Positions 57,696-64,000 of a stretch of DNA of 64,000 bases are shown here, piece after piece. The DNA comes from an uncultured virus (IMG/VR IMGVR_UViG_3300028844_004780) (lineage: Duplodnaviria > Heunggongvirae > Uroviricota > Caudoviricetes): IMG/VR virus record IMGVR_UViG_3300028844_004780. One strand, written 5' to 3'. A model generated the notes under the pieces. The model was not told the DNA's origin. It ran no database searches and was given only the letters and a program-made list of their open reading frames with translations. The number at the start of each line of letters is the position of its first letter. Positions within the stretch are counted from its first letter, which is position 1. Position numbers and translations under genes: made by a program.

Positions 57696-58718
57696 ATGAA
57701 AGACCGAAATGAACTAATCTACTCTTTGCCTAAGGCAGAGTTGCATGTTCACATTGAGGGTACACTTGAACCCGAACTGATGATTAGACTGGCAGAAAAG
57801 AATGGAATTGAGATTCCATACAAGACTGCAGGAGAAGCACGAAGAGCGTACGATTTCTCTGATCTGCAATCATTCCTAGACATCTACTATGCAGGTGCCA
57901 GTGTCCTGCGTGATGAATCAGATTTTTACGAACTGACCCGTGCCTATCTTGCTAAGGCTCATCTGAACAATGTCAGATATGCAGAGATCTTCTTCGATCC
58001 GCAGACTCACACCGCCCGTGGGGTGGAGATCGAGACTGTCGTAAATGGTATCAACAGTGCTTGTGAAGAGGCTGCGGCGACCTATGGTCTTGATACCAAG
58101 TTGATCATGTGTTTCTTGAGGCACCTTCCAGCTTCTGATGCTGTGGAGACTCTTCATAGATCTCTCCCGTTCAGAGATACGATTTATGGAGTGGGTCTGG
58201 ATTCTTCCGAGATGGACAACCCACCGCATGAATTCATTGAAGTATTTCAGAAGGCGAAGGAAGAAGGATACGCCTGCGTTGCTCATGCGGGAGAAGAAGG
58301 TCCTGCTGGATACGTTTGGAGTGCTCTGAACGATCTCGGTGCTGAAAGGATTGATCATGGTGTAAGATGCTCTGATGATTTTCCTCTGGTCAACCATCTT
58401 GCTAAGCACCAAGTCCCTCTCACTGTTTGTCCTCTATCCAATGTTAAGCTGAAGGTATTCGAAAAGATGGAAGATCATAACATCATGGATCTTTTCGAAA
58501 TGGGGGTGATGGTGTCTATTCACTCAGATGATCCTTCCTATTTCGGCGGGTATATCAATGACAATTATATTGCAGTTGCTGATGCATTCGATCTAGATGA
58601 CTATCATATCATTGAACTGGCAAAGAACAGCTTTAAGTCTGCATTCATCGACGACGAGATGAAAGACCATTATTTGGGACTGATTGATGATGCGACTGCG
58701 AGTCGAAAAGTTTACTGA
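57696..58718 (+). CDS. Adenine/adenosine deaminase (amidohydrolase superfamily)
   Basis: LPKAELHVHIEG, GLDSSE, HAGEEG, RIDHG, CPLSN, SDDPSYFGG. Confidence 0.95.
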   Translation: MKDRNELIYSLPKAELHVHIEGTLEPELMIRLAEKNGIEIPYKTAGEARRAYDFSDLQSFLDIYYAGASVLRDESDFYELTRAYLAKAHLNNVRYAEIFFDPQTHTARGVEIETVVNGINSACEEAAATYGLDTKLIMCFLRHLPASDAVETLHRSLPFRDTIYGVGLDSSEMDNPPHEFIEVFQKAKEEGYACVAHAGEEGPAGYVWSALNDLGAERIDHGVRCSDDFPLVNHLAKHQVPLTVCPLSNVKLKVFEKMEDHNIMDLFEMGVMVSIHSDDPSYFGGYINDNYIAVADAFDLDDYHIIELAKNSFKSAFIDDEMKDHYLGLIDDATASRKVY

Positions 58719-59055
58719 GATCGCCCTCCCAGTGGCACTGGACATCGACAGACAGAAAAAGCATGTGTCGATGATCGTCCGCAAGGGAGTTGTAGAGTCG
58801 GTGGGGGTAAATCAATTCAAGACTCACCCCCTAGCTAAGAAGTACGGATACCGATACGATGAAGTACATTCCGAATTAGATGCATTGCTCAAGTACAAAG
58901 GACCGAAGGATGGTTTATCTTTGTACAACTTCCGATTCAACCGAGAGGGAGAAATGAGGATGAGCAGACCCTGCAGGTTGTGTACCCCATGGTGCGATGC
59001 CGTTTTTGACGAAATTTTCTACACCACAGACCAAGGTGTCGTCAGGTTCAAGTGA
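58690..59055 (+). CDS. Zn-dependent cytidine-deaminase-fold protein
   Basis: HVS..., GVN, HSE and SRPCRLC motifs. Confidence 0.8.
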   Translation: MRLRVEKFTEIALPVALDIDRQKKHVSMIVRKGVVESVGVNQFKTHPLAKKYGYRYDEVHSELDALLKYKGPKDGLSLYNFRFNREGEMRMSRPCRLCTPWCDAVFDEIFYTTDQGVVRFK

Positions 59056-59063
59056 ATAAATAA

Positions 59064-59147
59064 GCCGAGGTGGCGGAATCGGCATACGCAGCAGACTTAA
59101 AATCTGCCGACCTCACGGTCTTACGGGTTCGAGTCCCGTCCTCGGTA
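59064..59147 (+). tRNA. tRNA-Leu (UAA)
   Basis: GCCGAGG/CCTCGGT acceptor, anticodon loop CTTAAAA, long variable arm. Confidence 0.95.
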
Positions 59148-59152
59148 TTTTT

Positions 59153-59225
59153 TCCCCTGTAGCTCAGTTGGTAGAGCGGCGAGCTGTTAACTCGCATGTC
59201 ACTGGTTCGAGTCCAGTCGGGGGAG
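59153..59225 (+). tRNA. tRNA-Asn (GUU)
   Basis: TCCCCTG/CGGGGGA acceptor, anticodon loop CTGTTAA. Confidence 0.96.
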
Positions 59226-59233
59226 CTAATTTT

Positions 59234-59241
59234 TATAAATA
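59234..59241 (+). promoter_or_regulatory. T4 late promoter TATAAATA
   Basis: Upstream of ORF 59272. Confidence 0.85.
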
Positions 59242-59271
59242 TGATGCTGTCACCACCAAAAGGAAAATGGC

Positions 59272-59604
59272 ATGAATATCGATAATCTAGATCTGAATTT
59301 TCTGACAGAAGAAGTTGGTGATTTAAATGAGCGTGCTCCGCACGGCATGATGCCTTTATTGGGACCTCAATTTTGGAGGGGTAGGATAAACCCCAACACT
59401 GATGCGTGGCATGGTGTTCCAGATGTCTACTGGGAAAACTTACCCGATTGGATACCCACGTGGCAGGATTGGTCTAATAACCAACAAGGTCACTGGTACG
59501 GTTGGTACGATTCAACACCTGGTTTTTTTCAGGATGGCCCTCCTCTGTTTGAACCACATCCAGCGTTCTCCGATCCAAACTACGGTCCTCCCCCCAGACC
59601 CTGA
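59272..59604 (+). CDS. Trp/Pro-rich accessory protein with MNIDNLDLNFLTE leader
   Basis: Leader shared with ORF 2181; has its own late promoter and terminator. Confidence 0.8.
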   Translation: MNIDNLDLNFLTEEVGDLNERAPHGMMPLLGPQFWRGRINPNTDAWHGVPDVYWENLPDWIPTWQDWSNNQQGHWYGWYDSTPGFFQDGPPLFEPHPAFSDPNYGPPPRP

Positions 59605-59630
59605 ACCTAAGTATCCCGATACCTCTAATC

Positions 59631-59660
59631 AAAGACCCACCTTTTAGGGGTGGGTCTTTT
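59631..59660 (+). terminator. Rho-independent terminator
   Basis: AAAGACCCACC...GGTGGGTCTTTT. Confidence 0.8.
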
Positions 59661-59662
59661 CA

Positions 59663-59670
59663 TATAAATA
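59663..59670 (+). promoter_or_regulatory. T4 late promoter TATAAATA
   Basis: Upstream of ORF 59693. Confidence 0.85.
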
Positions 59671-59692
59671 CTTCCATTAAGGAGGTTATCAT

Positions 59693-59962
59693 ATGAACAA
59701 CAACCAAGGTCCTAAGCCTGGAATCAAATCTACAGAATTCTGGGCAACCATCGGAATCTCTGGACTCCCTATTGCCGACCAATTGGGGTTCTTTAATAAA
59801 ATGCCAATCACTGAAGGTGGAGAGACCGCTTTATGGTTATCCGCTGGGTTGATTGCTTCTGTTTATGTTTTCACCAGAGCATGGGTGAAAGTTTCTGCAA
59901 ACAAGTATGGAGTTGAAAATGAAAACGCTAATGATAGTTCTAAGCCTTCTTCTGGTGTCTAG
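59693..59962 (+). CDS. Small membrane protein, holin-like
   Basis: AAGGAGG RBS; KPGIKSTEFW motif, two hydrophobic segments; late promoter. Confidence 0.55.
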   Translation: MNNNQGPKPGIKSTEFWATIGISGLPIADQLGFFNKMPITEGGETALWLSAGLIASVYVFTRAWVKVSANKYGVENENANDSSKPSSGV

Positions 59963-60704
59963 CACCCCTGCTTATGCTGAGGATTGCTTACCTTTTTTAC
60001 AACCATTGAATTCAACTGTTAGGATTCCAGATGGGTCTGGAACGGTTGTGGTGGTTGGAGAATACCAAGGCCCCACCAGAAACGTACTTTCCTCTTATGA
60101 ATACACCGAGTGGAGTCCTGGTAAAGTTGGCATAATGTCTTCTACTGGAGGCGTAACCTTCACCAACGTTACTAACGTCGGCAGAAAGATGAGATACCGA
60201 ATCTCTGTACTTCTTCCTGAGGGATCTTCGCCAAACATCCCAGATGGTAGCGAATTGTGCTGGGAGCCTGATACAAGAAGAATTATCGGGGTGTATGAAT
60301 CCATCGTGGGGGCTAACGCGGTAGTAGAAGTCCCAATTTCATGGGATGTCACAATTCGAAACTCCTCTCTTCTAGCAGATCTTAATGGAGACGGTCAGGT
60401 AGATGGTGCAGACGAAGGGATCTTGATGGCTGTGTTTAATACCGATGATCCTCTTGCCGATCTCAATGCGGACGGAATCGTTGATGCCGCTGATCTTGGG
60501 ATTCTCCTCAACAACTGGTCTGACTCTTCTGATGATACTATCGATGGTGCCGATGCTGGCGACCCAGACCCCATCGAGGGAATGTTCAATCCAGACTGGG
60601 AATCTGCAGACTACATCATTGCCGCAGACATTGATTCTGAACCCTTGAGAGGGGGTAACGGACAAGTCCGCATCCCTTTTCTGGATTGGCAGTGGACAGC
60701 ATAA
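59919..60704 (+). CDS. Secreted protein with dockerin-type duplicated Ca-binding motif
   Basis: Signal peptide MKTLMIVLSLLLVSSTPAYA; ADLNGDGQVDGADEGILM...ADLNADGIVDAADLGILLNNW. Confidence 0.85.
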   Translation: MKTLMIVLSLLLVSSTPAYAEDCLPFLQPLNSTVRIPDGSGTVVVVGEYQGPTRNVLSSYEYTEWSPGKVGIMSSTGGVTFTNVTNVGRKMRYRISVLLPEGSSPNIPDGSELCWEPDTRRIIGVYESIVGANAVVEVPISWDVTIRNSSLLADLNGDGQVDGADEGILMAVFNTDDPLADLNADGIVDAADLGILLNNWSDSSDDTIDGADAGDPDPIEGMFNPDWESADYIIAADIDSEPLRGGNGQVRIPFLDWQWTA

Positions 60705-60712
60705 AAGGTGAA

Positions 60713-61066
60713 ATGTCTCTACAAGATGCAAACGGGTCTGCTGGACCTGCCACAATTACGATAAATCCTTATGGATATCAATCAGTAGGGATAGACAGTC
60801 TGTTAGAGCCCACTAGTAAGTGGATAGTCGAAATGTATCGAGGAGACTTACTGGTGGGCACGATAGGTTCTGATTCTTCTAACGCCTCTGCCAGCGGAAG
60901 AATAGGATTGCCCGATGGTGGGAGTCAATATGGTAATGCTATCTACTGGAGACAGCTAATCCCCACTTCCGAAGTCAAATCGGGGGATAGATGGGTGGTT
61001 TATGGTTGGGACTCTGCCCCAGAGATTCCTAACTACCCACCAGACAGGGAGTATATAGAGCCTTGA
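60713..61066 (+). CDS. Hypothetical protein
   Basis: AAGGTG RBS; follows the dockerin gene. Confidence 0.65.
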   Translation: MSLQDANGSAGPATITINPYGYQSVGIDSLLEPTSKWIVEMYRGDLLVGTIGSDSSNASASGRIGLPDGGSQYGNAIYWRQLIPTSEVKSGDRWVVYGWDSAPEIPNYPPDREYIEP

Positions 61067-61101
61067 AGAAAATAAATACATAGACAATAACGGAGGGTAG
61101 T

Positions 61102-62472
61102 ATGGTCTTATCTTTTAAAGAATACCTTGTAGAAGGCAGGGGATTTTTCACTGGTCATCATGTCGGAGACGGCGTGATGTTCATAGAGGGTCCTTATGCT
61201 GGAAAAGGCACTTGGACCATTGCATCCCACGATATTCATCCAGATGTTCATGCTGTAGTCCAGGACTACGTCGAAAAGGGATTTGAAGTTGCGTCCCAGT
61301 GGACGGGTCCTGATAAAAGGGTCACAGATGACAATAAAGTCAAGGGTGCCACCAAAGGACGAGTAATCGTACTGAATGGTGAACCCAATTTAATAGTGGT
61401 CATCTATAGTGGGTCTGCAATGGGTGGAGCCTCCCCAAAGAGGTTCGGTCTACGGTATGCTACCTCCACCGAGAGCCTGGATTTAAAACCCCAGGCTCTT
61501 GGCATTCGTGACCAAGAATATAACATGACAGATCTAGCAAACGCTGTTATTAATACGTTGTATGACAGATCTGACATTGATAACGCCCTTGCTGGTTATC
61601 TTGAACTGATGATCGAATACTATTGGAACAACCAGCCGTCTAATATCGCCCAAGAGATCAAAGATGAGTACGGGGACATGCTGAGTCAATTCCCCATGGG
61701 TCAGATCAAGAAGAACTTCGGAGAGATTGTCGGTCCTTTCGCCATTCTCAACAGTAAGTCGGATCTTTTCAAGAGCATGAAATTCGGTTCTAGAGACAAG
61801 GCATACTTCCCTTTAAGAGGGAATGAACCGCTGGTTGATTTCTATTTGGTCAAGGGCGGAAAGAGGATTCCGTTCTCTGCCAAGAGCGGAAAGTCCACCA
61901 CCAACGTCGTCAAGTCTGCTGACATTGTACCAATGATCGATAACAACCCAGATTTCTTGAAGAAATACGGGGACAGCATCGAAGTGCAGGTTCTAAGAGA
62001 CTTCCACAACAACACTGGTGTCGACGGACCAATGGTTGCTGCCTTCAACCTCAAGAGATCTATAAGAGAATTCAAGAAGATCAGCAACGAAATGCTGAAT
62101 CACTGGATTTCCAACTCCGCTCGCAAGGGTGCCACTTGGAAGTATGATCCTGAACTATATGATGATTTCGTTAAAGCCATTGGAGTCCCCACCAGCGGTC
62201 GTAAGAAACCAACCTTCGGTGAAATCCTTTATTACACTGAGACTACCATTTGTAAGGCAAGTAAGGGTAACAGAGCAATCCTGAACTACTCTGAGATCTT
62301 CGACGAGGTAGTCGGTGGTGCGGTGAACTACATCAACTTGCTGAACATTGGTAAGGATGGACTGCCGCAATGGCACACATCGGAAGGTGGCAATGCAAAC
62401 GTCATTCTCCGTACCAAGAACGGGACGACCAGAATAGCAGCAGACAAGATTGGACTTCAGATACTATCATGA
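61102..62472 (+). CDS. Protein with capsid-targeting-like leader (MVLSFKEYLVE) and possible PD-(D/E)XK-like nuclease core
   Basis: ATAAATA at 61072, GGAGG RBS; FGEIVGP, FPLRGNEPLVDF...SAKSG. Confidence 0.6.
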   Translation: MVLSFKEYLVEGRGFFTGHHVGDGVMFIEGPYAGKGTWTIASHDIHPDVHAVVQDYVEKGFEVASQWTGPDKRVTDDNKVKGATKGRVIVLNGEPNLIVVIYSGSAMGGASPKRFGLRYATSTESLDLKPQALGIRDQEYNMTDLANAVINTLYDRSDIDNALAGYLELMIEYYWNNQPSNIAQEIKDEYGDMLSQFPMGQIKKNFGEIVGPFAILNSKSDLFKSMKFGSRDKAYFPLRGNEPLVDFYLVKGGKRIPFSAKSGKSTTNVVKSADIVPMIDNNPDFLKKYGDSIEVQVLRDFHNNTGVDGPMVAAFNLKRSIREFKKISNEMLNHWISNSARKGATWKYDPELYDDFVKAIGVPTSGRKKPTFGEILYYTETTICKASKGNRAILNYSEIFDEVVGGAVNYINLLNIGKDGLPQWHTSEGGNANVILRTKNGTTRIAADKIGLQILS

Positions 62473-62990
62473 AAAATATCAGAGAGTTTATGGCAGAATC
62501 TATCGCCAAAAGAGGCGACAAATGGGCAGTCACCAACAAAAAGGGAGACCGAACTCTTGGTACACACGATTCCAAGAAGGATGCCCTGAAGCAACTGGCG
62601 GCTGTTGAAATATCCAAGAAGCAAAGGGGAGAATCCAGTATTCCCTCTTTCAATGAATACCTAGCGAAGAATGAAGAGTGCGTCGATTGTGGTTGTGATG
62701 ATTGCATCGGTACTCTAGAAGAGGCAGAGTACAAAGGAAAGAAAGTGACCCTTAACGATCCTTTCAGGACTCCAAATGCTTCCAAAAAATTTGCGGTATA
62801 TACCAAGAATGAGGCTGGCACCGTGGTCATCGTCAGATTTGGTGACCCTAACATGGAAATTAAGAGGGACGACCCAGGCCGTAGGAAAAACTTCCGTGCA
62901 CGGCATAACTGCGACGACCCTGGACCCAAATGGAAAGCACGTTACTGGTCCTGCTACCAGTGGCGAGCAGGAGCGGAGGTAGACGACTGA
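62469..62990 (+). CDS. Conserved T4-like head-associated protein with leader MKNIREFMAE
   Basis: EAEYKGKKVTLN, KKFAVY, RFGDPNM, RRKNFRARHNC, ARYWSC. Confidence 0.75.
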   Translation: MKNIREFMAESIAKRGDKWAVTNKKGDRTLGTHDSKKDALKQLAAVEISKKQRGESSIPSFNEYLAKNEECVDCGCDDCIGTLEEAEYKGKKVTLNDPFRTPNASKKFAVYTKNEAGTVVIVRFGDPNMEIKRDDPGRRKNFRARHNCDDPGPKWKARYWSCYQWRAGAEVDD

Positions 62991-63430
62991 TGAATCTAAG
63001 TAACTTAAGAAATATTATTGTTGAAGCAGAGGAAATGGGTCCTATAATCCCCATGCTCAAAAGATGGAAGCCAGCAGCTGGCTACCCTGGCGGTCCAGAG
63101 GGACCGCCATCATACAAATACAATCCGACTATCGTTGATTACGATGGTCCTGGTGGTCTCACACCTGGATGGCATGATCCTGATGGACCAGGCCCCAAAC
63201 CTCCCGTACGGGCTAATCCCAAACCCACGGAAGATTACGATGAAGACGGAGTAATTGGAGACGAAGACGACCAATTATATCACCCAGGCCAAGACCCATG
63301 GGTCCCGACGAATACAGGTGAATATGAATTCATGCCTTATGATCCAGGCGACATACACTATCCTGGTCCTAACCACGGAGAAGATTTACCATCGCCCGCG
63401 AATCCAGGGTGGGGGTGGTGGCCTTTCTAA
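62990..63430 (+). CDS. Pro/Gly/Asp-rich protein with leader MNLSNLRNIIVE
   Basis: TGATG coupling; low complexity, ends GWGWWPF. Confidence 0.75.
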   Translation: MNLSNLRNIIVEAEEMGPIIPMLKRWKPAAGYPGGPEGPPSYKYNPTIVDYDGPGGLTPGWHDPDGPGPKPPVRANPKPTEDYDEDGVIGDEDDQLYHPGQDPWVPTNTGEYEFMPYDPGDIHYPGPNHGEDLPSPANPGWGWWPF

Positions 63431-63708
63431 TGACTGATAACAACGAAGATTTCATGTTCGGGTTTTCCTTCACGGATTCACCAGAGGTGCCTGCAGAACC
63501 AGCAGCACCTTCTTTTGACGTAGAAGAGTATAAAGACCTGATTAGAAAAGACATCGAGGGCAGACTAGATGATGTCGAAGATCTGATTATCCCTTTGCTG
63601 GTTAACCTCAAGGGCGATGCAGAGAAAGACTATATTTACTGGCCTGCCGAAAATCGGATTCCCGCATTGGAATCTCAGATCGAGAAAATCAAGGAGATCA
63701 CCCAATGA
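63430..63708 (+). CDS. Conserved hypothetical phage protein
   Basis: FGFSF...IIPLLVNL...KDYIYWP..R. Confidence 0.75.
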   Translation: MTDNNEDFMFGFSFTDSPEVPAEPAAPSFDVEEYKDLIRKDIEGRLDDVEDLIIPLLVNLKGDAEKDYIYWPAENRIPALESQIEKIKEITQ

Positions 63709-64000
63709 CATTATCTGATTTAAGAGCAATGGTAGAAGAAATTAAACCAGTACATCCGCTCACTCCATTCCCTGATTATAATCCTAAGAGGAAGAGGGGT
63801 AATCCACAGACTGTACCCAACCCCAAACCGCCGACCACGCCGCCGCCTAAACCGACTACTCCAAGACCCCCAGACAGGTTCACTCCGAGTGGGGGTGGCA
63901 GACCCGCTAAGGGCGGATATGGCGTCGGTGGTGGAGCTGGTGGAGCTGGCGGTCGCGGCCCCAAAGGTGTAGGCTTTATCCCCAGCCTTAAGAGATTTAA
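63705..64000 (+). CDS. Pro/Gly-rich protein with leader MTLSDLRAMVE (3' truncated by window edge)
   Basis: ATGA overlap; reads MTLSDLRAMVEEIKPVHPLTPFPDYNPKRKRGNPQTVPNPKPPTTPPPKP...GGGAGGAGGRGP without a stop. Confidence 0.75.
   Translation, partial: MTLSDLRAMVEEIKPVHPLTPFPDYNPKRKRGNPQTVPNPKPPTTPPPKPTTPRPPDRFTPSGGGRPAKGGYGVGGGAGGAGGRGPKGVGFIPSLKRF

Noticed and set aside
63776..63964. Minus-strand Pro/Gly ORF
   Set aside because: Shadow of the + strand ORF starting at 63705, which the ORF track missed because it lacks a stop within the window

Overview
This 64 kb window is part of a large T4-like (Tevenvirinae/Kyanoviridae-like architecture) myovirus genome, with essentially all genes on the + strand. 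It opens with the virion module: gp15-gp16, accessory genes, gp17-gp18-gp19-gp20, prohead-core-like genes, gp21-gp22-gp23-gp3. Next come uvsY-uvsW-gp55-gp47-gp46, a DNA methyltransferase, RNase H, and gp45/44/62-regA. A ~14.5 kb island between regA and gp43 holds sugar-nucleotide/glycosyltransferase genes plus fibre genes. After it come gp43-uvsX-gp41-gp61, type II glutamine synthetase, thyX, class II RNR, a VWA/peptidase gene, an i-type-lysozyme-like protein and two deaminases. Four tRNAs are present (Ile-UAU, Arg-UCU, Leu-UAA, Asn-GUU), and the window ends in a late accessory region. Most notable observations: (1) about ten accessory proteins share gp21-cleavable, capsid-targeting-like leaders, and many carry Pro/Gly/Trp/Asp-rich cargo. 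(2) Dockerin-like DLNGDG-x-VDGADLG motifs of the type common in Phycisphaerae planctomycetes occur in a secreted protein and at the C-termini of two prohead-core-locus proteins. (3) A ColC/ColD-like + GT25/GT11/GT10 + GT2-TPR cluster could build a colitose/fucose Lewis-like glycan next to Ser/Thr-rich fibres. (4) A phage-specific promoter class (GCCT-N3-TGn-TAnAAT) often yields leaderless mRNAs. (5) CCGG is strongly avoided. All functional calls come from motif recognition and synteny by eye; no database searches were run.
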